Shown one piece after another: positions 26,136-38,700 of a DNA stretch of 64,000 nt. The translations under genes and the position numbers were made by a program. Origin of the DNA: Marsupella aquatica (Eukaryota; Plantae; Marchantiophyta). The DNA lies in NCBI GenBank assembly GCA_973895155.1, contig OZ316897.1, positions 18,386,457-18,450,456 on the forward strand. Reading direction: 5' to 3'. The stretch's first letter is position 1. Each line of letters starts with the position of its first letter. The notes beneath the pieces were generated by a model. That model saw only the letters and a list, made by a program, of their open reading frames with translations, did not search any database and was not told the DNA's origin.

Positions 26136-27315
26136 GAGGAGGACTTTAGAAGATCGTTTGGGGCACTTGGGAGGTTTTTTCACCAGAGGAGGGCCATTGC
26201 ACACACTAAACATAGTGTCCCTGGGGCTAAAAGCATTTTTTGAATCTATTTATTGCCCCCAAGGTCTTGTGAAGCAAAGTGCAACCAGTGCTGCCAAATT
26301 AATTTTCTAAAAGACAGATTGAGTACCCACTCCACCTCCACCTGAATGTCACCTAGTCTTTGGCTAAAGTCTTTCTAGATGTGAGAAGAGAAGATCTTAT
26401 GAAGGACTTGTGTTTTAATGCAAATGACTTAAAATAGAAATTGACCAAGAGGCCAGAAGAAGAAACCTCCAAGAGAGGTGATCTAAAATCTAGGACAAAA
26501 GAGTGCTCCACATAAGCAGAAATTGGGCCCCACTACATTCCATGTAGGATTGGTAAGAGTTTAGGTTGAAAGTGCCCCCAACGTCTTGTAAAGTGAACAG
26601 CAACAGTTTCTCCCAAATGGATGGCTCTGATCAGATCTTAGAGACCAAAAAAAGTGGAAACTGCCCCCAAGGTCTTGTAAAGCCACCCTGAATTTACTCA
26701 ATTGAAACCAGTTTTGAAATCAAAGCTACTAGGGGTGTCTTGACAAGAAGTTGGGGGCACCTTCAATTTTTTTGGGGTCCAAGATGTGATCAGGGCTATC
26801 CTTTGGCAAGTTTTTCTGGTATTGAAAATGTGATCAGGGCTATCCCTTGGAGAGATAGATTGTTCACTTTACAAGACTTTGGGGGCTGTTTCTTTCCAAA
26901 CTATTCCCCATCCTATATGGAATCGAGTGTGGCCCAATTTTTGCTTATGTGGAGCACAATGTATATTTTTGTCCCAGACCACCTTAAGTTTGTCTCTTCA
27001 TCTGGCCCCTTGATACATCCCTATTTTGAATCTTTTACATTTAAAGTGGACTCACATGCCCCTCATGAGATCTTCTCTTTTCAAAGCAAGATGGGCCCAA
27101 GCAAAAGAACCATGTGACTTTGAGGTTGAGTGGGTCCTCAAACTTGTCTCCTAGCAATTAAATGGTTTCAGCACCATTTGGTGCACTTCGCTTTACAAGA
27201 CATTACCGGCCATAAAATGATTCCCAACTTTCTCTTTAGGATCATAGATGGGCGATAGATTAGTGTTGGTAAAGCAACACTCACATTGCCCCCAAGGTCT
27301 TGTAAAGTCACCCTA
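26136..27315. mobile_element. Two copies of one PIF/Harbinger-type MITE family in opposite orientation (~26136-26689 and ~26731-27315)
   Basis: Both copies end in GCCCCCAAGGTCTTGTAAAG(C/T)CACCCT (~26663-26689, ~27288-27314). Internal segments are reverse complements: TGCTCCACATAAGCAGAAATTGGGCC at ~26504 vs GGCCCAATTTTTGCTTATGTGGAGCA at ~26931. The termini resemble the 15614 MITE. Confidence 0.75.
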
Positions 27316-27426
27316 AGTTATTTGGCAAAGTACTACCTCAAAGACGCCCAGGACTCCCACATATAGGAGATTTATTTCCAGGTAGATTGCAATCTGAGCC
27401 ACTTAAAATAGGCTTTTACCCCCTTA

Positions 27427-27906
27427 AAGTATCTCCAATAATGGGTATCTGCCAAAAACCCGAGTACCAGCCAATTTAGCCATGGACTCTCCCACTGCTC
27501 TCATGACCTCCAAAGGAATGAAGGTTGGGCCTTTGTTTTTCCTGCCAACACCAGGTTTGCCCTAGAAGGAAGTTAGCATAGTTACTAGGTTCCTCCATTG
27601 GCCCCCATACTCATCGATGGCGGGTGGCAGCTCACATGGCAACACTCACTGATAGGTAAGTCTCATTACTTTCTGCACAGACAGGCTGGACCAGGGCAGT
27701 TTGAATTGCCGTTTCAATAGTTCAATTGATGGTCAGCTAAAGGTGGTCTACTTTAATTGTTGGGGCTGGTGGGTTCAGCAGTGTGGCCACTATATATATA
27801 AGGCATATTTCAGTGCATATTGCTTTGTGGAGGCATTTCAATGGGATGGCTGTCACCCGGGCTGTCACCCGGGCTGTCACTGACCACTGAACCGTTGGAG
27901 ATGCTC
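27427..27906. mobile_element. Tourist-like MITE
   Basis: TTA+AAGTATCTCCAA ... TTGGAGATGCTC+TAA, a GAGCATCTCCAA-type TIR with TWA target. Confidence 0.65.
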
Positions 27907-28519
27907 TAAGAGGACATCCATCTCCCCCTTGTAGACTCATGTCTGTCCAGGATCCCACCACACCACACGGTCCAGTAGTCACAAATCTAGGGAGATCTAG
28001 AGAATGAGTGTAGAAAATTTCTTTGAGGGTTACTTAGCATCCTCCCTAACACAAGGTATCATCAGCCACACTGGCCAATCTCAAATATTCTGAAAGATGA
28101 CCCTTGCAGATACCATAAAATGTTTGAGGGCCGAGTGCAAGCAAGTTGTCTTTCAGCTTGGCAATTTTCTACCAACCATCATGGTGCTGTGGATATAGGC
28201 TACCAGACCCTACCTCAACCATTGTGGAAGCCTAAAGTGTAGGGTAAGGCCCTTGCATGAAGGTGTTATCCTATGTATTTAAGGTGGTCATCTGGAAAGG
28301 CACAGGCGTGTGCAGGGACAAGCTGGTCTTGGAAATACTTAGGCTGGGCAGAAGATGGGAGGACAGGACCACTTAACCCACCCCTTGGTCAACTGATTCA
28401 AGGTGACCAAAGTCACCTTGAGGGAGACACGGGCGGGCCGTATGGTCCACAAATTGGGTGCAATAACAACCAGTGGATGTGATAAAACTAACCTTTAGAA
28501 GTGATTTTCTTATCCCACA

Positions 28520-28790
28520 TTAAACAAAAGGAGTGCATTGTGATGAACTTATAAAAAATGCTATGACAAGGTAGTAATTTTCTCAACCCATGTCATAAGA
28601 AAAAGAGTGCACTATCATAAATGAAAAAAATGCTATGACAAGTTTCTTCACCCATATTGTACCAAAAAGAGTGCACTATCATAAGTTAAAAAAACTCTCA
28701 CCTCTGTTGAAGTTAAAAGAAGTCCGAGCTAGTATTATACAAAAAAGAGTGCACTACCATAAATTAAAAAAATTCTACGATAAGGTATGA
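28520..28790. repeat. Degenerate tandem repeat, ~4 copies of 60-80 bp
   Basis: An AAAAAGAGTGCACTATCATAA-like core at ~28526, 28601, 28664 and 28742. Confidence 0.75.
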
Positions 28791-30435
28791 AGTATGGGAA
28801 ATAGTGGCCATCTAATAAATCGTAGTCTTACCCTTAGCGAAGCGAGCGAAAAATAAATGGGCACATGTGCTGACAGTATGGATCGCAGTGCTACAAGACG
28901 ATTCTTCCACTTCCCGATTTCCTCTTCGACACTGTACACACTGTACAGCAGTAGAATGATGGCTCTCCTCTTGACTCCCCTTCCGAATCCGTAATCATTT
29001 CAGCTTGTCTTCGGTGCAGATGCCACTTTGAAACACACCGAAGCTTTCAGAGACTCTCAGAGATCAAACAGGTGAGAGACCCACTTAGAACTGGAGAAGA
29101 GAGAGAGCTCCAGAGTTCGGTCCCTGGTGACAATCTGTAGATGTGTGGTGGCATTCGCATGTGTGCTTCTCGCGCGATCCATTAATTACTCCAGCCCACG
29201 TCGGGGAGAAGCCAAAAATCTCACCGTGTTCTGATTTGTCTCCTCGCAGATCCATTTGCCGCACATCTTTGTCGGCAGTCTGTCTGCTAGGAGGATTGAA
29301 GGATTGGATTCATCAGTTTGTTCGTCAAGGTGCTGGTGCACGGTCCAATTCTCGTGCTGCTTCATGGAAGATCGTGAAATGCCGTGATTTGGACGTCGTA
29401 TGTTTGCGCTCATGGTGCTCTCTGAAGGTGCGTTTGGTGCGTTGATTGTATTTCTGTTCCTCTCGAATTTCTTCGATAGTTTGGGATCTCGTAAGAGAAT
29501 TATGTCACGGAAAGAGGTAGAGTCGAGGGTTTTACCGGTCTCGATTCGGGGGTCAGATTTGTGGGAGAGCATTTTCTACATCTGGATGTCATGGTTGGGT
29601 CGGTACCTACATCTGTCCGGATTAAGTGATGGGGGACTCTGCGTTTCTGACCTAGAAGTGGGCTTCGGACGACCAGAGTAATCATACGGGCAAGGGTAAG
29701 GTTTTCACCTTTTTGGAGAAAAATGTTGTAGCGGCACTTCGGGCTTGCTGTACGGATGTCAGATTGGTGATTGAACTGAATTTTCCGTCCATTCTACCTT
29801 TGGAAGGGCCTAGATTCGACCTGCCATGTCCCTCCAGCATGTGATGCGGAACAAAGCAGCTTTCCAAGGTACAACTATTTTAGATTCGACCGAGGGGTTC
29901 AGTCAAAGGTTCTGTGCAGCGTTCCTGCTGTTAGCGCGATAACAGGGTCTATTGATAATTGTCTGCATTGCGAATTGGCCTCGGTTAGACAGATTCACTA
30001 GAAACTGGCAAACGTAGAGATTAGGGAGGGATATGCTGCCAGTTCTGTGACGAGATCGTTGCTCAAGAATTTCTAATCGTCCGCAGAGGTTCTTAAAGAG
30101 AACTTTGGTATCAAGCAGCTTTGGATAGTCTTCTTCTGCACCCGGTGTCTCACATGAAGGATGTGAGCGATGCCTCGTGGCTAGTGGGTGGATATTCAAG
30201 TTGATCTGAATGCATTTTGATTCATCTGAAGAAATTGATGTGAGGTCTCTGCGGTGAACATGTCCTGCATTCCATGTGGCCGTTTTCGGTCTTCGATGGT
30301 TTGATGGGATCATTTTTTCGCTGTTATAATGTGTCAGGTGGTTGCCATTCGTATAACCGGATCGTGAGAGATCATTTTCTTGACGGCGGAAGCCATAACA
30401 CGCAAACTGTACTTGGGAAATATAGTCATTTTATT

Positions 30436-30493
30436 ATGAGCGTTACGTGAAGAAGATCTCATCGTCATGTGAACGCTGGCCACGATGAAGTAG
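30436..30493 (+). promoter_or_regulatory. Cluster of three tiny uORFs in the predicted 5' UTR of the NIPA-like gene
   Basis: ATG AGC GTT ACG TGA (30436-30450), ATG TGA (30467-30472) and ATG AAG TAG (30485-30493). They lie downstream of a likely acceptor at 30337 and upstream of the main ATG at 30547. Confidence 0.45.
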
Positions 30494-30546
30494 TGTGAAC
30501 GTGCATTTAAAATAGTGAGCACACGAGGGGAAGCAAGATATAAAAA

Positions 30547-33475
30547 ATGTGGGAGGCAGTGGCATTCACGGTAGTGGCATCGGCTGGTAATAATATAGGA
30601 AAAGTGTTACAGAAGCAGGGCACAAAGGGCTTACCACAACTTTCTCTTAAGTTAAAGGTACTTCCAATCTCTGTACTTTCAATGTCTCGTTTGCCTGTGG
30701 ATTCTAATCCATTTACCTGTTTGCCCGTCCTCTTGAGTTCAACGTCGCTTCCTCATTGCACCGGCTCATTCCCTTGAAAGTCTCTCTGTGATTATCTTTA
30801 GTCCACGCTTGCACGTGACTAATGGTCCTTTCCTTTGGTACCATTGCAATTGTTGAACGATTGGCCCTCACATGTCTTTTTCAAACAGTGATGTCGTGGT
30901 ATCAATGTTGTTTTGAGACAACTGGATGAAAAACCAGAGAATCAGCAGCTACTAGATCTGAGTAGGCAGTGCGCTTCTATGTTTCTTCTCATGTGCCCAA
31001 CGATCTGGATTCTGGGTGATCAGGGAAGCAATATGGGCAGTCTTGCTCACCACAACTTATTTTTGTTTCCACTTTCAAGCAGGTGATTCAGTCATATCTT
31101 CTGAGCGGAACATGGCTCACAGGTGTTGTGGTGGACGTTCTGGGGGGCCTTTTAATGCTTAGGGCTGTATCTCAGGCACCCGTAAGTGGCCTATTGCTAG
31201 CCCCAATTTGGCGTATTGTTTATCGCGCTTATAGACGAGGCAGAAAAGTTTTTTTATCGACACTTAAAGGAATATATGAGGTCATTCGATTGAAGGCGTC
31301 TGCTAATTGGGTTTCTTAGAGGAAGTGTTGTTTGCGTATTTATTCTGGTCGAGAATGGGCCTTGCAGACAGAAATGTCCTCTAACCCGTTTATGGGTGCT
31401 AGGTGTCAGTGGTGCAGCCAGTTTCTGGGGTTGGATTGGCGGTGCTGGCAGTCTTTTCACACTTCTATTTGCGAGAGTCCATGCAAACGCTTGATTGGCT
31501 AGCTGTCACACTGGCAGCTGCTGGAACTATTGGTGAGGATTGAACTAAAGTTGGTGGGACTGCATTGTTGTTGTTGAATATTAGTTGTTTTATATCTGAA
31601 GTTTGTCAACGAGGTGATTTTAAAAATGATGCCATGCTAAGTGTATCCATAGGGCATCTACTTGATGGTGACGCCAAATTACATCGCTTGTTACTTTCAT
31701 CGGGGATCCCCTGCTCATTGTCCTAGTGATTTGGAACATTTGAGCTCATTTTCTCCTACCAAAATTTTTGGGTTGCAGGGGTTGGAATAACAGGAGAGGA
31801 GCAAAAGAATGTAGACGTGTCACCCTTTCGTCTGCTTCTCTTCATTGTTTTTCTACTGGTTTTCTTTGTATGTCCAATCCTTTTCTTAGTATTTTTGCCA
31901 ATAAAAGGAGGAATCTAGTGACTTGAGGGGAATCGTTATATACAATACCTTCTATTTTTAATTGTTCATGTGGTGATTGAGGTACTTAGTGGTTGCTTCG
32001 TAGTCTGACGATGGCTTTTGATTGCATACTGTCAGTTCTTGTTGAGTTGGTGGATACAAGCTGGAAAACAACAGCACTCTAGACCTCATGAGGTGCCAGG
32101 TTCACCATTATCAGGCTTACCTGGAGTAATGTTCTCATTTTCTCTGCACCGTTGCTATTCTCTATGGTTCCTGGTTTTTAGTGGGCATTCTGTAGACTGG
32201 CTTCGTTCCTGAGGAGTTTATTCTCAAGGTCTTCTGAAGATTGTAACTAAAACCATCTTATCTATAGTTGGTTTGTGCAGAGTAATATGGAGGTTATGGA
32301 TGAGATGTCGGCTGGACTACAAGCTGGTGCCTTCTTTGGGTTAGCCCCTTTCCTCTGGTCATCTTACTGTATTATTACTCACTTGAATAGTAATTTTTTA
32401 TTATCAGCGGATCTGCAGGTTTTGCTCCAAATGTAGACAGGTTCTAGCAGTTCGATCTTGTGATTTTCCTCGCACAAGTTGAATTAAATTGATTCATGGA
32501 TCACTTTCTAGTGTAGTGTGCGAGCACAAGGTTTACGACAAAGCGACCAGACTAATTCTTTCTGCGCGTGTTGATTATTTGTTATTTTTGCGTTGAGCAG
32601 GTTGTCTGCAGTTGTTTGCAAGCTCGGTTTTATTATGGCCGAGCATGAGGTCTCACCTCTTTGCATTCCTGCCGGTATTGCAGCTAGCATTGCTTGCAGC
32701 GCCGGTGGTTTCTTTTGCCAGGTAGAGTTTCAGATCCCGTTTTTATGAGGGTGTTGCGGGGGGTGTTGGTTGTTTGAATGTAAACATCGGGAGAATTGAA
32801 CGTGATTTTAGGTCTTCAGCAGTCAGAATGTTACGGAGTTCGACCAATATGCTTCACATTAGATGTGTGAATTGGATTACTATGAGAATAATAAAATAGG
32901 AAGAAGTTCTAAACTAGGCTTGATTTCTTACAGACAAAAGGCCTTAGAGACGGAAGGGCAGTGGTGGTGTCCACCTGTGCAGCTGTTGCATCAATTGTGA
33001 CGGGAGTGCTGGTTGGCTTGCTGGCCCTTGGTGAAACACTGCCAGTTTCTCCAGTTGCACGTGTTTTCCTTTGTTTAGGATGGTAAGTACAGAACAACTT
33101 TGATATTACCTCCAAAGCCTAGGAGTCGTGCCCTACAGAAGTGTAAATATGTTATAGAAGTCCTCAGCATCATAAAACCTAGAGATATCTGCAACCTGTC
33201 TTCATTCCATTGTCAGGACACTCGTTGAGAATAGTTTGTGCTGTTGCAGTAATATGTGTCTTTCATCGATGACATTTTTCTTTGGATGCAGGGCTTTCAT
33301 AGTGCTGGGAATTATATTGCTTTTGACATCTGAAAAGATAGGACGAAATTTACCACGACCCTTGCGGCGCTTCATTAGAACAAAGTCAAACTTACCTGGA
33401 AGGCCCCGAAGTACGCAAATGACGATGCCAATTGTGAATCCAGTGCTGAAATCGCCCCCCAAGTACAGATCTTGA
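30547..33475 (+). CDS. NIPA/DUF803 family probable magnesium transporter (NIPA9-like), about 9 exons
   Basis: [26 protein letters not shown]...LSLKLK|VIQSYL...[23 protein letters not shown]|[25 protein letters not shown]..., then GLQAGAFFG|LSAVVCKLG and GFFCQ|[41 protein letters not shown] junctions throughout. Confidence 0.9.
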
Positions 33476-35381
33476 GATTTGAAATGTTCTTTACGCGTGT
33501 AGAAACCTGTTTGTGTCTGCCTTTAAAACAGTGGCATGCAGAAACACAAAGTATGCAAAACTTTAGATAAACTAGGAAGAGATCAACCTAAGTAAGGATT
33601 AGCCAGGTCAATCTTGCTTCATGTCATTGGTTGCCATCCAGGAACAGAAGAGAACCCTGCTTTTGCCGCAGTTGTTCAGACTCTTGAGAAGTTCGATACA
33701 CAACAAGCTCAGATTCAGGGCGAGCTGTCAAGGATGTTCTTGCTTTGGTGCACACGCTGGCATTGTGGCCTAGACAGATTGTCTGGTTCAGGAGAAGCTT
33801 TCTGGTGTCTTATTAGGTGTTGTTTAGGGTTTCAGGAAGCTTTCCTGCGTTCATTTTCTAACAGAATCATTTTTCAATTGTCGAGTAAGGGGAACTTCAC
33901 AAGACCATGTACATATGTGAATTACTTATTGAAGTTTAGGTGGTGTATTTAACATTTCAGTCTGGTTTCAGTACGATTCTAAAGCCACTCCCATTTATCT
34001 GAATTCTGTCTTGGGACCGTTGTAAAGTAAGGACTCACTATTTCAAATTCGAAAGAGACCCATATTGCTTATCACAGATTGGCAGTCGCGCAGGCATGCG
34101 AGGAATTGAGAGCCAAATCTCGCAAACTCCTGCTCTTTCGGCCTATGCAAGAATCCCCTTGCATATTTCTTATCTCCTACATTGTCGTCATCGTTCAACG
34201 AGTTATAACCATTCTAGCCGCCCAATCTCTTGCAAACAAAGCATGCACTTCAATCACAGAATGGATTACAGTTTATTATGAAGGAGACGTACAACATTTA
34301 CAGGAATTCCCTGTCCTGAGAATCTGATTTTTGCTTATATACAGCTATTACAATTGATTATGAAGCGACGCACAACGTTACAGAAATTGCCCTGTCCTGA
34401 GAATCTGATTTTCTCTCATTTACAGCTAGTCCCGCCATTATTACTAGTATTGCTGCAACATTTGTCGATGGAGTCGCCTCCAAGAGCTAGAAACGGCCAG
34501 CGGACTCAATACTCAATCGAGAGCTTCCTGCAAGCATACATCATTAACATCTAGGGGTCAAATTGCTTTGGAAATAAATGAAACTCTTCTGAACTGCTTT
34601 GTACTTGAAAGACGAAGTTGTAAACAGTACTGGTTTGAAGGTCTGTGGCTTTGGTGTATGCCGGGATTCCAATGGAAAACGACTGGCGGACGTCCTCCTC
34701 TCGATAGAGGTGCTACTTAGGTTTAGATCTGCAGTTCCTTGGAAGTGTTGGGGATCAGAGTGAGCACAACCTACCAGACATAAATTTGGGGGATGTCAAG
34801 AAGTTTCATTCCTTGCTGGTTCCTAAGCCCCTCCTAGTAGATCGAGTTCATAATCCTTAAATTCGAGGTACGTGTGAGTTGGTTCCTCTTCAGGCTGGGA
34901 TGTTTCGATGACACGAGACTTATACAGTAGTTCCAAAATCACATAAAGACTGTAGATTACTCAGTGATGTATATTTAAGGACATCCATGCAACTTTTTCC
35001 CAAAATGTTAGCTTGTTAAAGATATATAACAGACAACTGAAGGAGGATAAGCCAGACTAGAAATGATAATCATGGTTTCTTCGCTCACATGCACCCATTC
35101 GACTTTACCTTTTCTTAGCCTCTTATCTGTTTCATGCACCCAATATTGTAATTATGTTTCTGAATAATTGTAATTGAGACGATTGACCGGCATGAGGATT
35201 CTCTTAGAGAAAATTTAAATTTGACCATGCTTGTCAGAAAGATCGATAGAGAAGAAAGCTTTGATGGAAGAAGTTTTGCGTTGTAGCTGAAACAAACAAA
35301 GAAGAAAAACAACGAACACGAGATGAATCTGGAGTGTGAAACATGAAACGAACCAGTTGATTGTACCATCGTTGAATGAAT

Positions 35382-36069
35382 TCATTTAGCTGCCACACCC
35401 TCCAGCAAAGAGATCCGCCTCTTGAAGATGTTCTTGATGGCGTTCACCACGTCTTCCTCCGATGATTCCTGACTGGGGTCTATCTCGAACGAGTAATTTA
35501 CGGTGGTCGTGCCATCCTCATTGTTCTTCAGGCTGAACGTGCAGCTGTACCCCTCATAACCCAACGAGTTCTCATCCATTTCGTAGCAGTATGTGTAGTC
35601 GTCAGCGTTGTAGTAGGTCATCCTCTCCACGATTGACCCTGTTGACAACAACGCGTCACACAACGAGAAGTTATGAGCGGTCAGCTTCAGACTTTAAAAA
35701 CTAAAATCATGCCCAATTTGTCTCCGCTGTACGTACACTGATAGCTCGTTCCTGAGAATTTCCTGCTAGGTTTGAAAGCTAGTACAACAAATGAGTCGGC
35801 GAGTAGTTTGCATTGGGATACCAGCGGGGATACCAGAATTAGCGTGGGTGTTTTCTGAAGTAATGATCAAACTCGCCTGTGGAGCCGTCCGGATACTTGA
35901 AGACCACGCGGCGGAGTGAACCGGAGCTGTAGCCGTCTCCCTCCCGGATATCGCTGCTCTCGATGGCATTTGAGTCCCATTTGTCGAGCTCCCCGAATTG
36001 TGCAATATCCCACACTTTGTCTGCTGACAGAGCAACGGTGCCTGAGACAGATCCTGACCACTTCACCAT
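35382..36069 (-). CDS. SRPBCC/START-fold protein (polyketide cyclase-2 / lachrymatory-factor-synthase-like), 149 aa. Exons 36069-35877 and 35638-35382
   Basis: MVKWSGSVSGTVALSADKVWD...FGELDKW...EGDGYSSGSLRRV...G|SIVERMTYYNADDYTYCYEMDENSLGYEGYSCTFSL...GTTTVNYSFEIDP. The joined exons total 450 nt in frame. Confidence 0.85.
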
Positions 36070-36085
36070 TGTTGGCTAGCTTGCT

Positions 36086-36270
36086 GCCTGATTCATTACC
36101 ACGTAGTTGGATCATACGTTAGTTTGCAGATGAATGATTTCATTCAAACTTGAACTGCAAGCCTTAAGAACCTGTACGCCTGATTCATTACCACGTAGTT
36201 GGATCATACGTTAGTTTGCAGATGAATGATTTCATTCAAACTTGAACTCCAAGCCTTAAGAACCTGTACG
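36086..36270. repeat. Near-perfect tandem duplication, ~92-bp unit x2, directly upstream of the SRPBCC start codon
   Basis: GCCTGATTCATTACCACGTAGTTGGATCATACG...AAGAACCTGTAC occurs twice. Confidence 0.93.
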
Positions 36271-36295
36271 CAAAGTAGAGCTGTACAGGCATTCT

Positions 36296-36780
36296 TCAGT
36301 GAAACAGACGACGTACCAACAAGACTGGCCTCGTGAGCACCAAAGAAAATACATTGATGAATGTGAAGTTCAACCATTTCACGATGCTCATTTCACTAAT
36401 AAGATGGATGAGTGAAACAGACGACGTACTAGCAAGATTGGCTTCGTGAGCACCAAAGAACATACATTGATGGATGTGAAATTCAACCATTTCACGATGC
36501 TCATTTCACGAATAAGATGAATGAGTGAAACAGACGACATACTAGCAAGACTGGCCTTGTGAGCACCAAAGAAAATACATTGATGGATGTGAAGTTCAAC
36601 CATTTCACGATGCTCATTTCACGAATAAGATGATGACTGAAACAGACGACGTACTGGCCTTGTGAGCACCAAAGAAAATACATTGATGGATGTGAAGTTA
36701 ACCATTTGAGGATACTCATTTCACTAATAAGACAGATGTGAATTTCAACCATTTGAGGATACTCATTTCACGAATAAAAG
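36296..36780. repeat. Tandem array, 113-bp unit, ~4.3 copies
   Basis: GTGAAACAGACGAC at ~36299, 36412 and 36525, with a variant at ~36637. Each unit contains GTGAGCACCAAAGA and TTCAACCATTTCACGATGCTCATTTCAC. Confidence 0.95.
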
Positions 36781-36989
36781 TACTATAGTATTGCCTAACA
36801 ATGTCTCAGATAAGTCTGATGTTTGTGACTAGCTCGGTTGGGGATTAACTTGAGTTGGTACAAAAATTTCATATTTCAAATATTTGTGTCGTCATCTATT
36901 ATTATTAATTATTGACACACAAAAATATATGGTGTAATTTAGAGGGTGGCTCTTAGCTCATGTGGTGTTCAGATAATAGTTTTTAGTCT

Positions 36990-37160
36990 GATATTGTCAG
37001 CACAAAATATAGATTGAATTTGTATCTGAAAAAAATTTAATTAAAATAAATATATTGTGATAACAGATTTAGAATGAAAAAAATCTGTCATCAAAATATA
37101 TTTATTTTAATTAAATATTTTTCAAATACAAATTCAATAAAGTTTTTATGTAGACAATCA
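36990..37160. repeat. AT-rich imperfect palindrome (foldback/MITE-like) within an AT-rich block
   Basis: ATTGAATTTGTATCTGAAAA..TTTAATTAAAATAAATATATT..GATAACAGATTT pairs with AAATCTGTCATC..AATATATTTATTTTAATTAAA..TTTTCAAATACAAATTCAAT. Confidence 0.8.
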
Positions 37161-37663
37161 CAGATTAATTGAAAATATAATTCAATAATATCCAGCATTG
37201 TAGAAAAATACCTGCATTGCAATCACAAATTAATTGAAATATATTTGATAATTTTATAACATCAGGGTTTTCACTCACATATATTTCAATAGAAACTAGG
37301 CTAAAACTAAACATTAAAACATATTGCCACAGAATCTGGGTTAAACTAACCATTGAAGTGTATGAATGACATAGATTTTAATAAAAATGAAATGAAATTA
37401 AACATTGAATGAATATTAGATTAAATATTAAAATAATTAGATTAACTAAATCTAAATTTTACTGAGCATTGATTTAACACATATTTCAAAAAAATTGAAT
37501 TTAACAAAATATAACAAAATATTGTCAAAATATTTAGTTAGAAGATACTAAAATAACCAAGCCTCAACTCTACTATGCATTGTTTTTGTCTTGTTTTCAA
37601 TGATCAGAGTATAATTGAAGAGTATTTCACTGCTTCACCAGGACTATCTGGTGAGCAAGTGAA

Positions 37664-37768
37664 GGACGACCTGTTCAGCAAGCTGGTGTCCACATGGAGA
37701 ACTCTACTCCCTCACCAGGACGATCTGTTCAGCAAGTTGGTGTCCACATGGAGAACTCTACTCCCTCA
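37664..37768. repeat. Tandem duplication, 54-bp unit x2
   Basis: GGACGA(C/T)CTGTTCAGCAAG(C/T)TGGTGTCCACATGGAGAACTCTACTCCCTCA at 37664 and 37718. Confidence 0.9.
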
Positions 37769-38639
37769 AAACTAGGATCGTTCGTTGAAGGACCTGTGGC
37801 CAATGTAAGTTGATCGTGAAATCAAGAGGGTCTTAATTAAGTACCAATCCCAATATGTACTGCTGCGTTTCTTTTCCTCTCAGCTTGTCTATAGATTGTT
37901 TCGCCTAGCTCCGCTTCTCAGGATCCCCATACTATTCCGAGTAGATTGCGACTCAGAACTCGTCTGTTCCGGAAAGTACTCGTCCGATTTACTAAAGAGC
38001 ATATTCGCTACGTCTGTTCGAGCAGAAATCTCGCTCCAAGTGGCTTGACTCGTGACCGATTATTTCTCGCTTCTCAGTACAGAAACTTTAACATTCAAGC
38101 ATGCATCATTCTATTTATCGACATATTTCTACGTTTAGCTCGCATGAGCGTCCTGTAGGATCAAAATCGTAAAGGATCATCTGATCTGCCGTCTTCTTTC
38201 TAGCATCTCTTCTAATTACCTTCTCGAACGCATACTTAAAATCAAAGCTGGGTTTCTCGAAGTCCGAGGTCCGCGGCACGAGCAATCAATATTGTCCGGT
38301 TTGAGTGACTGTCAAATGTCGACGTTTGCAGGAGTGAACATACAAGTTCAATGTCGGACAAGTACTACGACTTGGGATACATTTCTTCCAAGTAGAAAAA
38401 CTGAAAAACTGAGATAGTTCCTGGCAGCTCAAAATTTCGAAAGGTCAAATGTCAGCTCAGTCAGCGGTCTTTATCTATATAAACTGTACTCGATTTCCTA
38501 GTGGACATTCACTAACGGTCCAATGTCACGACATTGAATGGAAACGATACATCAAGAGCAAATGATGTTATCAACAATACATTAATCCACAAGTAGACGT
38601 GAAAGCTTAGCTCTAACGACTAATAGCATTACGAAGATC

Positions 38640-38700
38640 GAAGTAGCGACGAACAGAAGTCATCTACGAAGAGTGAAGTAGCGACGAACAGAAGTCATCT
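38640..38700. repeat. Tandem duplication, 35-bp period
   Basis: GAAGTAGCGACGAACAGAAGTCATCT at 38640 and 38675. Confidence 0.88.

Noticed and set aside
28520-28790. Regularly spaced AAAAAGAGTGCACTATCATAA motifs resembling a CRISPR array
   Set aside because: The spacers resemble each other, the repeats are degenerate, the context is eukaryotic and there are no cas genes. It is a degenerate tandem repeat.
29143-30313. Several 90-136 aa ORFs on both strands
   Set aside because: They have no motifs and most likely lie within the long 5' UTR intron of the NIPA-like gene.
36296-36780. Short ORFs (64-83 aa) and a CRISPR-like look in the 113-bp array
   Set aside because: Whole units are repeated with no unique spacers, so the ORFs are by-products of the repeat.
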